DNA of 63,795 nt, the filler included, from Pelomyxa schiedti (lineage: Eukaryota; Protista; Evosea), in the NCBI GenBank assembly GCA_020536535.1. It is 4 parts of 4 records of this genome, joined end to end, with 100 filler letters (N's around TTAATTAATTAA, not from the genome) between each part and the next. Parts side by side here need not be neighbours in the genome. Positions count along the whole stretch, not along the records: positions 47,927 to 58,304 come from JAHLWZ010001268.1; positions 58,405 to 63,795 come from JAHLWZ010000117.1; 2 more parts are not named here. One strand, given 5' to 3'. A model generated the notes under the pieces. It did not search any database. It was given only the letters and a program-made list of their open reading frames with translations, and had not been told where the DNA came from. Positions within the stretch are counted from its first letter, which is position 1, and each line of letters starts with the position of its first letter. Positions 51,995 through 63,795 of this stretch are shown here, one piece after another. The position numbers and the translations under genes are program-made.

Positions 51995-52750
51995 AGTCCT
52001 CGTCTTCCTTTCTTTGGAGCATCACAGTGCTTTACCGCATGGTAGTAAAGCGTAAGTCGAACTCCACAAGATTTTATACCAACCAACCAACGTTGTTCAT
52101 TTTACGAATCTTTAATACAAACAAAGATTAAGTGGGTGGCATACTTCAGACAGCCGCCCCTCGGGGCGGCTGTTTTGCACATGGTTTCCACAGCCAGCCT
52201 TTGTAATTTCCTCCTGTGAAGTGATACTGGTGTGTGGCACATGAAAAACAACGCAATTTGTTCTTTCTCTCGTTGAATGCCAGACATAAAAAGAAATAAT
52301 AAGTGAACCTGTTGCAAAGTGAAGGCTCCAGCTTGACAGCAGAGCCATGCAAGGCCAAGGTTCTGTTTGTTGTTTGTTTTGATTTGTGAGGTTTGGGTCG
52401 TGTGTGTAGGGCTTACAGATTTCCAGGAAAAAATTGGGTTTGTCAATACAACGACGAAGAATGTCAGGCCGAAACACACAATCAATGCTGTTCCACCATG
52501 CCACAGCCTCTCACACACCACAGTGCTCCCATCATCAGGATGAGAATCGAATCCTACACTGCGGGTTTGAAGTCTGTGGCTGTGCTGTTGTGGATGACAT
52601 GGGCCACCGATGGGAGGCTGGTGAACAACCAGGCCACGGTGGGCCGTGCCACTGGTTTTTCTCCCACCAACAACAAAAGCATGGTCACACACGACAGAAC
52701 AAAACCCAGCCTCCGGAAGTTGTTTTGATGGGTTTTTTTTTTTTGTTCCA

Positions 52751-55023
52751 CTACAGATGAACCTTGCCCTTGATGAAAGCACGACAATCAGGGCACTTTT
52801 TCATGACTGCTGCACACTGTTGTTAGGTTAGCTGGGAAAAAATGGGTGCCACACAGGCAAAAACAGACCTGGGAGCACAGGACAACGTGGCCACAAGGCT
52901 GCAACTCCACCTCTGGTGGCCTCTCTTCACATTCCACGCAGATGTCCGTTCCTGCTGTTGTCATTGACAACCCTGGTCGTTGCTGGCCAGATGATGTTGC
53001 CTTGCAAACCATGAGATCCACGATTGCTTGTTGAGCCTGAGGGAGCAACTCAGAGAGCATTGACCACACACAAGGCACCCCAATGAACCTCTCGTCACCC
53101 TCCAGCCCTCGCTGAAGCATTGACTTGCTCTTGTGTTTCCTCTGAAGCTCTGAACATTCACGCTGTGTTTCCTCGATTGCCTTGTGGAGTGTGCATCCAA
53201 GTGTTTCCTGCTCTGACAGCTCCTTTGACAGCACTGTGTGTTTTCCAGCAAGCTTTGTGCACTCGTCGAATCGGCATGATTGGAGCTGTGCCAGTGTGTC
53301 TGTGAGTGTGCACAGCACCTGAAACGGTGGTGTGAATTGTTCATCATCTTGTTGTGGTTTGAGAGGCACAATCAAATGCTCCAGGAGTATCTCGTCAACT
53401 GGTTCACATCCTATTTGTACCCAGTGAGTATTTGAATTTATTTTTTTTTTACCTTCTGTTACGGCAAAGGTGTTCTTCTCTGCCATCAAGCCCTTCATTC
53501 CCCACATCTTTGTCAATGATGAGATGTTCCTTGAGCACTCCTGAATCTCTGCTTCACTGTTCCTAACTGTCAGATTTTTCCCAAGGATTTTGTTGCAGGT
53601 TGCATCTGATTCGGTGACTTTCCTCTCAAGTGCACCCTTCAGGTCTGAGAGTTTCTGCAGGTGAGAGGCCAGTTCCTCATTGTGTTTGGTGGCTCCCTCA
53701 AGGTTTCTGCTCAGCTTTTCCAGTGACTCCTGAAGCAAGAGAAATTGTGGTGCTGATTTCTTCAACTGAGTCTGGAAGAGCGTGGCCAATCTGAAAGCGT
53801 CATTCAATTCAGGCATTGTTGTTGGTGTTTTTGGTTCCATTGAATTGGACTCTTCTTGTTGTTCTTGCAGTTGTTGAAGCTTTTTGTTCATCTGGTTGAG
53901 CTCCTCGGCATGCTGCTCGATGAGTATCCTTGTTAGTTGCTTGAAAAAGTCAATCTGAGTGTGACGGAATCAATTGATAATGGAGAACTCCACACACCTC
54001 CCACCCTTTTTTGGCTGAATTATGTTGTGTCTCCAGCCTTGTGTGTTCTTTCAGTTTCTGTTTTTTTTTTGTTGTGTTTTTTTTGTTTGTTTTGTGTGAA
54101 ATAAACCAACACACGTTTCTGGCAGCTTTCAGTTCTGTGTTCAGTTTTGCCTCCAGTTCACTTTTCTCTTTCCTAATGCTCTTTTTTTGTGGTGAACATC
54201 AAAACCCCAGATCAAGATGAGAGACAAACTTGTTGATTTTGCTCAAGTTGAGTCAATGATGAAGCCATTGCTGACAACTTTGTGTTCAGTTCACTCACCT
54301 CTTCCTCCAACTGTCTGATTCTGAGCTTGTAATTGCCCTTAAAGAGTTGTGGGTGGGTGTGTGTTTTCATTTTTTTAAGTGTTCAAGTTGAAATGGCATC
54401 CTTACATCCACTTGTTGGTGTGTATTCAGCATCCACAGCTCATATTTGTCGTGCCCACCCATGGACTTGTCTACTTTGGGCTGGCTCTCCTTGTTGACTG
54501 TGCCACCACGTGCCACAATCATCTGTGCCACCTCCAAGTGCCCATGAATCAGAGCCACAGCCAGTGGGGTACTTCCATCTATCCCCACCCTGTTCACGTC
54601 AGTGTCCGGGTGTCCCAGCAGCAGCCCCACCACCCCTGCATGCCCGCAGCTGCTGGCCCAATACAATGGCTCCCACATGTTTGGGTCGACACCAACCACA
54701 CCCAGCAGTTCCCTCACCACGTCCTCTCTGCCGTCGCTGCATGCTCGCGACAGTGGCGTTCCGCCACCACTCTCTCTATCCCTGTTGGTGTATGGTTGGT
54801 GTGGTGGCGGTGGTGACGTCAGCAGCAGGCGAACCACCGAGGCGCTTCCCGCCTCGTGCAGCAGCGACGGTATCGTGAGTTGTGGATACGTGTATGGTTC
54901 ATAATACATCGCGTTGATGTCGATGGTGGGGTTGCGTGCGAGGATGTCGCTGGTGGCCTTGGCGTTGCCACCACGAACAGCCGCCAACAGCAACTTGATC
55001 ACTTCAGGTGTCGTGCAAGACAT
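52751..55023 (-). CDS. Ankyrin repeat - coiled coil - RING E3 ligase
   Basis: Ankyrin units (SLLHEAG, TPLSRAC, EPLYWAS, TPLAVAL), the shared ELNDAFRLATLFQTQL helical domain, and RING CVECEERPPEVELQPCGHVVLCSQ|CAAVMKKCPDCRAFI. Stop TAG at 52751. Confidence 0.85.
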
Positions 55024-55339
55024 TTCCCTGCTGTTAATTTTGATCTTTTTCAGAAACCTCAATCGGGTTGGACTCTGGGACACCGAAAGGATTTCTGAAT
55101 CGCAGGCAGCAGCGAGCACCTTCAACAGATCGACCTCTCTGCTTTAGAAGACATTTGCCTTTGGTTGTGTTTGTTCTGTCTCGCTCCCTCATGTAGATTT
55201 CCGCGAACTTGATTTCCTCAGATGTGAGGTCTGAGTGCTGACTCAGTGGGTCAGTCTCTCAGTCTCGAAGTTCGTGCTTGTGCTCACAGAGAGTTTGCTT
55301 GTGTATTCTACAGAATCACACAATCTCACAAAGTGATGG

Positions 55340-56707
55340 CGAAAATCATGGTGCTGCCTTGTTGCAACATCTGATGGGATCCTCACTGTCACAGGTAGAA
55401 CAGCAAAAAATAGAAGTATGTGTAGAAATCAGCACCACAGTTCATCTTGCTCCAGGAGTCACTGGAAAATCTGACCAGAAACCTTGAGGGAGCCACCAAA
55501 CACAAGGAGGAACTGGCCTCTCACCTGCATAAACTCTCAGACCTGAAGGGTGCACTTGCGAGGAAACTCAACGAATCAGATGCAGCCTGCAAAAAGATCC
55601 TTGGTAAAAATCTTACAGTTCAGAACAGTGAAGCAGAGATTCAGGAGTGCTCCAGGAACATCACATCATTGACAAAGATGTGGGGAATGAAGGGCTTGAT
55701 GGCAGAGAAGAACGCCATCACAGTCACAGATGGTAACAATTTCAAACCTGTTTCAACCTACATAATGTGAAGATACTCCTGGAGCCTTTGATCGTGCCTC
55801 TCAAACCACAAGATGGTGAACAATTCACACCACCGTTTCAGGTGCTGTGCACACTCACAGACACACTGGCACAACTCCAATCCTGCAGATTCGATGAGTG
55901 CACAAAGATTGCTGACAAACACGCGGTGCTGTCAAAGGAGCTGTCAGAGGAGGAAACACTTGGAGGGTGATGAGAGGTTCATTGGGATGCCTTGTGTGTG
56001 GTCAAACCTCTCTGAGTTGCTCCTGTGTACTTCCACAAAGTACACGAACTTGGCCTTGCTCGCGAGGCTCTGAAGTCCTGGCGCACTTTAGCGGGATGAT
56101 TGGAGAGACTGAGGACTGAGCCGAATCTGGACTATTACCAGAATGAGACAGCGAAGGTAATGATCAGCGCACAGCGCAGCTGGGCGCACAAATACAGCAA
56201 CAAGAACGTGGCAGGCGGTTTTGATTACATGCACACTTGTCCGAGAATCCATTTGAACATCGCAGCCTTTTAACCCAATCGCACAACCGCTCTGCGAGAT
56301 TTTACACACTCCCTTTTTATCCCCTTTCCAACAACGACCAAACAAACAAGAGAACACTCTTTATTCTCTTCACTCTCACTCGTTTTCTTCCTCTGTGGGA
56401 CTTATTCTCGAGCCCACAGAAGCTAACACTCCCTCAGGCCCAACAAGCCATCGTGGACATCAGCCTTTCCAAGGCAACATCATCTTCTGCCTCTTTAGCC
56501 TTCTCTTATGGTTTTCACCACGACAATACCTGTTCCAGCCAGCAACAACAACGAAGGTCATCAATGACAACAGCAGCAGGAATGACGCTTCCAGGAGGTG
56601 AGGCCCTCTTTATTCGCGCTAACCTAACCAACAACACACAGTGTGCAGCAGTCATGAGGAAGTGCCCTCATTGTCACTCTTTCATCAAGGACAAAATTCA
56701 TTTGTAA
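55340..56707 (+). pseudogene. Decayed coiled coil - RING paralog
   Basis: It is 5' truncated, has internal deletions relative to paralogs (EETL|EGDERF), carries a 405-bp insertion and keeps only the last RING exon (CAAVMRKCPHC). Confidence 0.85.
56024..56428. mobile_element. Solo-LTR-like insertion, 405 bp, TGT...ACA termini, 4-bp target-site duplication CTCC
   Basis: Paralogs read GAGTTG-CTCC-CTCAGG. Here the sequence is GAGTTG-CTCC-[TGTGTAC...GCTAACA]-CTCC-CTCAGG, with CTCC at 56020-56023 and 56429-56432. Confidence 0.8.
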
Positions 56708-57239
56708 TTTCCTCCTGTGAAGTGATACTGGTGTGTGGCCCACCAAAAACAACGTTGAATGCCATACATAAAAAGTGTTCCTCAGGCGCCCTAACAGATC
56801 TTACAGGAATTGAAGGTAAGCAGAGTGTCTTAGTTGCGCGCAAAGGCGTTGTGGCAGCATCGTAGGTGCATTATATTATTGGTGTTTGTTGGTTGCATTG
56901 ATGGACAGTAGGTCACACAGAGGCGGACAAAGGCATAATTGCGAATCAGTGGTAGTTCAAAGGTGTGGCACCACCCACGCAACGCATCAACAACTAATGC
57001 AACGTCTCATTCAAGGGGCACCACCGCCTCTGGGAATGTTCTTGCTCATGGACGTCCTGGAAGAAAAGTGCTGATTGCTCCAGTTCTCCCGTTGTTGAGC
57101 CGAAGATGGTTTGGCGAAAATACAACATGTTAGCTTCTCCAACAATAGGTACGATTTGAAAATGGCTCATAATTCTCAGCAATTTCATTTCTTGGCGAAC
57201 TTATGCAAATCTGCTCTTTCTGAATTAGATTTTTTGCAC

Positions 57240-57890
57240 CTGATAAGTGTGCACAGAGACAGAGTGCAAACAACACACCAGGTTAACATTCCTCACTCAT
57301 CCAGATATTTAAATTGTAGAGTGATTTTCAAACCCCACAATAGCCTTACATGCTTTTAAATATCTGTTCGTATCTATATCTAGCACTACCGGCGGTTCTC
57401 TGAACACTTGACAGATGACTTGTATGCACAACTTTCCTCATTTACATGCTAATATCTTGTTGCGAGATGCAGCGTACGGTTCAATGCCGGAAATATTTTC
57501 AAAAGGCTCAATACACCCGATTCTGTGACAATACTAAGAGCGGTAATTGATACATAGCTTTGCCGCTGATCAGTGTGCACACAGACAGAGAGTGCCGGGC
57601 TTCTCTGAATGCTTGTGAGATGTCGTATATCCTAATCCAGTTTGCAAGATTGAGTGTGCTGGAAACATCCGCTTCAATGCCGGAAATATTTACTCCAAAG
57701 GTCAGTGGGAAAAGATACGAGCATCAAATTTGCGTATATAGCTAGCATGACCGCGCTTTTATGAATGCTTGTCAGATGTATGGATGAGTGTCATCGTTTA
57801 CATGCTAATCTCTCATAGCAAGATGCATGCATCCAAGTTCTGCTGCAATGCCCGAAATATTTCCAAAGTGCCTGGTTGAGAATGTGAGAC
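57240..57890 (+). repeat. Degenerate tandem non-coding repeat (about 170-200-nt subunits)
   Basis: CAATGCC(G/C)GAAATATTT recurs at about 57482, 57675 and 57846. TTTACATGCTAAT recurs at about 57441 and 57797. Confidence 0.7.
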
Positions 57891-58087
57891 TGGCCCTATC
57901 ACCTCGGTAATGTCACCACGAAACCACCGCCACCCTGCCGGAATCTCTCACGCCACCACTATGCCAAAAGTATCTCCTCATTACTATGCGTCAGTATGTA
58001 GTATCGCAGGAGATTAACAGAAGATTGAGACACTGATCTCTTCTGCTTGCGTGATCACCATCTGGAACTACCACAAAAGAAAAGGAG

Positions 58088-58304
58088 ATGTTGCAGTCCC
58101 GCCGCACGCCACCACAAAACACGAAAGAGGTCGAGGCGCTGCTGCTGGCCGTTCGTTGTGGCAACGTCGAGGTGGCTCGCACGGTCCTCACGCGCAACAC
58201 CCCCACCACCATCGACATCAACGCCGCCTACACGGTGGACTTCGCAGAGGGAGGGCGAGACCAGACGACGCTGCTGCACATCGCAGGGAGCGCCGAGGTT
58301 GCGC
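58088..58304 (+). CDS. N-terminus of another ankyrin-family paralog (truncated by contig end)
   Basis: EVEALLLAVRCGNVEVARTVLTRN...IDINA...LLHIAGSAEV aligns with the start of the 52751-55023 gene. Confidence 0.8.
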
Positions 58305-58404
58305 NNNNNNNNNNNNNNNNNNNNNNNNNNNNNNNNNNNNNNNNNNNNTTAATTAATTAANNNNNNNNNNNNNNNNNNNNNNNNNNNNNNNNNNNNNNNN
58401 NNNN
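58305..58404. other. Artificial contig linker
   Basis: N44-TTAATTAATTAA-N44. Confidence 0.97.
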
Positions 58405-58691
58405 AAAATAAAAAAATTAAAACAAGCACATTGGGGGAAAAAAACCGATACCGACGACTGAACGACCTGTGTCCCCAAAAGGCGACGTTCTGTCGCACCA
58501 CCATCCACCGTTACGCCACCACACCGTCAAGCGATCATCAAGAGTGACGATGACGCCACCAAAACCAGAGCCTGGCACACAACACCGCAACAAGCGCTCC
58601 AAAACCCCAAAATGTCGCTTGGTTTTCTCATTTTGTCAAAACGAAAACTTACAAGACGCGAAGGTGTCATTAAGAGAAATACGCTGAGCCA

Positions 58692-61600
58692 ATGGGGCGC
58701 TTGTTCGGCTCTACACCAAACAGTAGGCCTCGTAAGGCAGTGACACCGCACGAGTGCTTCGTCCTCGGTCCTGGCGAATTTGTCTCATCCATGTTCTCGG
58801 CGCTGGGGGGCGCAGCCCTCGAGTACGGGGAGGAGCGTGTCGGCGACGTCGCGGAGTCGCCCACGATGGTGTTGACCAGGGTGGTGCCGCCGCCGCCGCC
58901 GTCGTTGTCTTCTCCGATCGATGCCGAGCACAGAGCCAACCGTGCTCGGTGCCAGGCCAGGCTGATATTCAGGGACACAACTTATCGTGAGAACCGGATG
59001 GAAAAGTCCCAGACACCTGGGGGGTGGGAAGTGCTGTCAGAGTATAGGTTCTATCTTGGATTTCAGGAGGGTAATAGCCTCGTCAAGACGGTCAAAAAAG
59101 TTCGGCTCATGTACTTTCCCCCTTCCATTTTTCAAATTCCTGCCACCAGCTGCCCAACGTGATTCCCTTTTTTTTTAACTCCATTGTATTTGGTAGGAAT
59201 GACAAATTTGTGGTGCTTATTCTACACTCTGCAAAGACCTATTGCACCCTCCCTGACCAACTGAGAGAGGTGCTGACTTCTAAAGTTTCAACGAGTGTTG
59301 CCACTCTGCTATTCATTGACTGCAGTGACAGTCAACAAAGTGATACATCAGCAAATAACTTGCCTCAATGGCACACTTTAAATGCCATTCAGCTCGCGTT
59401 TTCTGTGTGTCTCACCTTTTTTGTTTTTGTTCACTAACTTTGGGCCAAAGTATTGTGCAAGTAAGATGATGAAGTGGAAACCAACCCCAGACACTGTCGA
59501 TGAAGTGTTATCACTCATATCAGGTTCTGCAAAGGGTGCACCTAAATTGTACATGGAATTGAGTGGTGACCCGGCAATACCCACCATACTTGACATTACA
59601 TGTTCTGATGCCTCAACAGCACACATGATCATGCAACTTGTGCACGATTACAGGTCACAGTTCCCATTCTTCACAGTGACAATGGCACTCAGGACCTGGC
59701 TGAGAGCAAAGAATGAGGCTGCTCTTGGCGTTGTGTGCCTTGCTCACACTCTCACAGAGTCTGAAAACATTGACCTTTCAGATTTGAATTTGGACTCTGT
59801 TCCTCAATGGCTGAAGATACTGACATTCCAGACGCTGAACCTCTCCAGCAACAACAAGATTCACGAGATTCCCAAGTGGTTGGCTGAAAGTCCCAATGTG
59901 AGATTGGGAAGAGGTTATGAACGGATTACTGTTAGAAATGGAGAGGAGATCAGTTGCTTTCATTACAATAACACACACAAGCTTGTGATTGTTGGGGATA
60001 CAGGTGTTGGGAAGACAACACTGTTGAGGTGCATAATGGAGGGAAAGAAAAAACTCACAAAAATAAAGCATGTTCACACAGGAATTACTGTTCATTATGA
60101 TGTGCAGTTCAAAGAGAACCCAACCAATTGGACCATTTGGGACCTTGGTGTGCATCTATGGATTAATAGTTCCCACAATACTCACTCCCCACCACACAAA
60201 ACACAACAGGAGGGGAATCGATGATACCGTTCCACCAATGGTTCCTCCTCAGCAGGTCTGTGTTCATAATCGTTTTTGATGTCTCCAAGGCACTGATGAT
60301 GAAGGAACCACACATGGCAGTTTACCGTTGGTTGAATGAAATCTCAGTTGCCAGGAGCAGGGGTGCCAAGACCAAGGGCACCATAATACCAGTAGGAACA
60401 CACATGGAGGGAATTGATCCAAATGATCCCAAGATTTCTGAGGTACTTACCCGAATTTTTATGTATGAGGATGTTCCCTGTGCCATCCTTCTGCAACTCA
60501 GCAATGGGAACGCATGGAGGTGTGATAAGTCTTCACAGATGAGAAGATTTCAATGGATACCTCTCTATGCTGTTCCACCTACAATATTTGATGACGGAGT
60601 GCTGCATTCTGTACCCCAAGCCTGGATCATTTTGAAATGCCTCATCATAAAAATCAGAGAGAGAGACAAAATCTCCTGGCTTAAATGGACACAGTTTGTT
60701 GGGTTGGCAAAGGAGTGTGGTGTGCATGGAAGAAAACCATTGGAAATTGAGAAGTGTGCAAACTTCTTGGCTGACATTGGGACCATTGTTCACTTCAGGT
60801 ATCCTTTTTGGCTCTTGTCACAGCACTCGGAACCAAACACTGAGGGTCTCTCTGACTTAGTCATTGTTGAACCTCGTTCTTTTTTGTCTCAGCTTGTTCA
60901 GGAAGTCCAAAGGTTGTGGTTGGAGAAGACAACAATTAGAGGTATTACCCATCAAACATCCACAAGTAAGGCAGCTCTGACATCAATCCTGGATGAGTTT
61001 TCTGACATTCACAGAATTCTTTCATATTCTTCACCCCTTCCATCCATCAAGGAATGTGTTTCATTTCTTCCAATCGTGGCAAACAGGGCTCCAGTGATTA
61101 CACTGGAAAACCTGTGGGTTTCCACTTCTGCCACTGTACCAGAAGTATTTAATGGGAGATCCCTCAAGTTCCCAGTGTTTACGCAGGAAATGTTCTTCAA
61201 AGCCATTTCAAAAATCTCAAGGTTTCTTATGATCAAAGGATGGATCTCTAATTTCTGCTGGTCTGATGCGTTTTTACTCTCACACCCTTGCAAACATGAT
61301 GAGATACCACTACATCGTCAAGCACTCTTGTTCATGACATTCCAGGATGCGACTGTTTCAATTTGCATGCGATCAGAATGCAACAAACACTGGACACAAA
61401 CACAACAGCAGAGCCTCTGGGGATCCCTGATGAACGCTCTTTACAGTCTCCAACCTTCTCGGTTTGAAGAAGAAAGTGATACAGCACTATTCCCTGGCGT
61501 TGTTGAGCTCTTTCCGTGCACACATTGCCTGCTTCAAGGCGGTTCCCATTGGAAAGAAGAAGGAAGACCAGCCGCGCTACAGCCCAACTTGTTCTATTTC

Positions 61601-62720
61601 ACCAAAGAGGATATACTCAGAGCAGTGAAAAATGGAGAACAGCAACTGTGCTGTGGAAAGGGAAAGTGTTCAGTTGCAGAAGTTGCACCGAACATTGTGG
61701 CACTTCACCAAGATCCAACCCCCCCATCCAGATCCGAAATACTGGTGGCAGCAGAAATAGTTCCTCCACCACTATCATCAATGGCAATTAGTATTGGAAC
61801 AGATGTCAACCTCAACAAAGGAATAAACCTGGCCGATCTTCTGAGGTTGCTCATTGAAAAAGGGGATGGGACCACGTCAATCCTTGATCAGGTTCTCCCA
61901 ATCAGCGTGAGGTTGAGGATGCTCCACAATGTGGCCTGTGCATTACAATCCTTGCACAGCAGTCAGAACTGTCCAAATGTGCACACAAAGATTTCAAGTG
62001 GTATATGGCTTTCTTTAAGTGCATCCTATTATCTTGTGACTCTGTAACCACACAGATAACATCATTGTGCTGTCACTGGATGAATCGAGTGCCAGTCCTT
62101 TGGTAAAGGTTTGCGTTCAAAATCACATTCTTCATCTCAAATGTAATAAAGATCATGGCTCCTCATGCACCATTTGTTTACTTATCTGAGGGTTATTATC
62201 AAAGAACGGAACCAATTTCACTGTCGGACTTACATTTCCATGCCCCAGAGATTCTTTCCGGCTTGAAGTTTGACACACAGGCTGATGTTTGGAGCTTTGG
62301 TAAGTTCCTGCTATTACTGCCGCAATTGATTCAAATGCAGGAATTCTGGCAAGTGTTCTGTTGTACCCGCTGAAACGACCATATTACCCCCACATCACCA
62401 ACAACAACAAGACAACCAACAAGAAGTACCTGTTCACAGACTACAGTAGCACATCATCCCATAATAACAACCACGAACCCCGCCTTTACCCCTGGTCTGT
62501 CTGCCGGGACCTCCGGATGGGCCTCATCACTCCATTCCCCCCCACAACTTCAAAACTGGGATCTGGAACACCAACAACAGACAATGATCACCATCACCAT
62601 CGGCAACAGAACAAACTGTGGCGACTGGGAAACGAGATTGTGGGAATGTGCCTGGAACCAAACCCCATCAAAAGGCCCCCAATAAAAACTGTACTCACAG
62701 TGTGGGACTATTTTGTGTAG
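58692..62720 (+). CDS. Roco-family protein (LRR-ROC-COR) with degenerate C-terminal kinase domain
   Basis: LRR (IDLSDLNLDSVP, LNLSSNNKIHEIP), ROC (KLVIVGDTGVGKTTLL, IWDLG|GE, HQWFL, FIIVFD, VGTH), COR (VPQAW, FLADIGTIVHF, LVIVEP, CWSDA, PCTHC), and kinase C-lobe (RLRMLHNVACALQSLH, APEIL, ADVWSFG, CLEPNPIKRP). Confidence 0.85.
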
Positions 62721-63135
62721 GTGATGCTTTTCCCTGAATTTTGGCCAAACACCAGTAGTCTCACTCACTGTGTGAGACTACTTTCTACTTTTTTGTTTTT
62801 GTTGGTTGTATGTCAAACCCTTGAATGGGATTATGGCTTCATCGATTGTAACGTTCCTGCCTGTTACAACCCAGTGGATGGATCTCAGCCTGTCATCTCT
62901 GTTGAGGTCCCTGAAGGTGGGGAAAAACCATCTTGCCGCGTATCGGACGACCATTTTCGGACTTTCCGTAAAAAGCGAACTTGTGTAGCACTGTTTGTCA
63001 TGGCTGGATCACTTTGGAACAATTTCCAAAGTGTCGGCTTAAGTCTGTGAAAACGTGAGAGGAAGAAAGAGGAAAAACAAGGGGACCTACCCAACTTCCA
63101 AGTCGGCCAGCAGAGTGGAGTGTAGGGCCCACCCA

Positions 63136-63235
63136 NNNNNNNNNNNNNNNNNNNNNNNNNNNNNNNNNNNNNNNNNNNNNNNNNNNNNNNNNNNNNNNNN
63201 NNNNNNNNNNNNNNNNNNNNNNNNNNNNNNNNNNN
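63136..63235. other. 100-N scaffold gap flanked by an approximately 120-bp direct duplication (unmerged overlap)
   Basis: About 63015-63135 is repeated exactly at 63236-63356. Confidence 0.95.
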
Positions 63236-63795
63236 TGGAACAATTTCCAAAGTGTCGGCTTAAGTCTGTGAAAACGTGAGAGGAAGAAAGAGGAAAAACA
63301 AGGGGACCTACCCAACTTCCAAGTCGGCCAGCAGAGTGGAGTGTAGGGCCCACCCAGCAAGTGGGGGTGTAGGTGTGCAAGAGCAAAGGGTGTGGGTGTA
63401 TAAGGGAAGTGGGTGAAGGCGGAAGTCATGTCTCACACTGCACTCCATTTGTCAGTTCTGGCATCTATTATTGTTGAGTGGGGGATAATAAAAAGAGAGA
63501 GGTGTACCTTGGTGATAGATTGTCAGCAAGTCCGCTACCTGAATAATATGTGAGACTGCAGGGAGAAAAAAAAACCAAAAACTCACAGGCCGTCGTCTGA
63601 GGTCCGCCATGTCCACCACAGCACCTGGTTATAAAGTGTGAGAACTCGAAAAAGAAAAACAGAGAAGATACCCTGAAGTTTAAGTCCGACTGAGTTGCTG
63701 CATGAGGGAGTCCGATGTTGGAGTGAGGGAGACCTAAAACAAAATGGAAACATACCACACACACACATGCAGGAGGATGTGAGGAGTGAGGAAGC

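Noticed and set aside
57240-57890. CRISPR-like repeat-spacer array
   Set aside because: The units are long, degenerate and similar throughout, with no unique spacers or cas genes, in a eukaryotic context.
63015-63356. Direct repeat flanking the last N gap, as a possible LTR or TSD
   Set aside because: An exact duplication on both sides of a 100-N gap is an unmerged scaffold overlap.
1-63795. tRNA, rRNA or snRNA genes
   Set aside because: None recognised by eye. tRNAscan-SE or Infernal would be needed to exclude them.

Overview
This is intron-rich eukaryotic (protist) genomic DNA, not prokaryotic. Genes are compact, GT-AG introns are short (about 30-90 nt) and the genetic code is standard. 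The window joins four contigs with artificial 100-nt N/TTAATTAATTAA/N linkers (16123-16222, 47827-47926, 58305-58404) and has two 100-N scaffold gaps. Fold-back chimeras suggest whole-genome-amplified (MDA) material. The gene families resemble an amoebozoan such as Pelomyxa, which is my inference and is not verified. Contig 1 holds two related cassettes, each a MORN-coiled coil-PINK1-like kinase gene, then decayed gene fragments (including ALDH16-like), then an IFI44-like GTPase gene. Contig 2 is a housekeeping block: Rictor, a 7xCCHC CNBP-like protein, FAD synthetase, a Nup214/159-like FG nucleoporin, TTC5, a FEX-family channel, a SAM-domain-fused Cys-less pentameric ligand-gated channel, and PI4KA with a chimeric 3' end. 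Contig 3 is a cluster of MORN- or ankyrin-coiled coil-RING genes and pseudogenes with a solo-LTR-like insertion. Contig 4 carries a Roco (LRR-ROC-COR) gene with a degenerate kinase. The best candidate for a new system is a modular family in which the same MORN module is fused to either a PINK1-like kinase or a RING E3 ligase. The SAM-pLGIC fusion and a FEX lacking both functional-pore phenylalanines are also notable. All exon structures and family calls were made by eye and are approximate.
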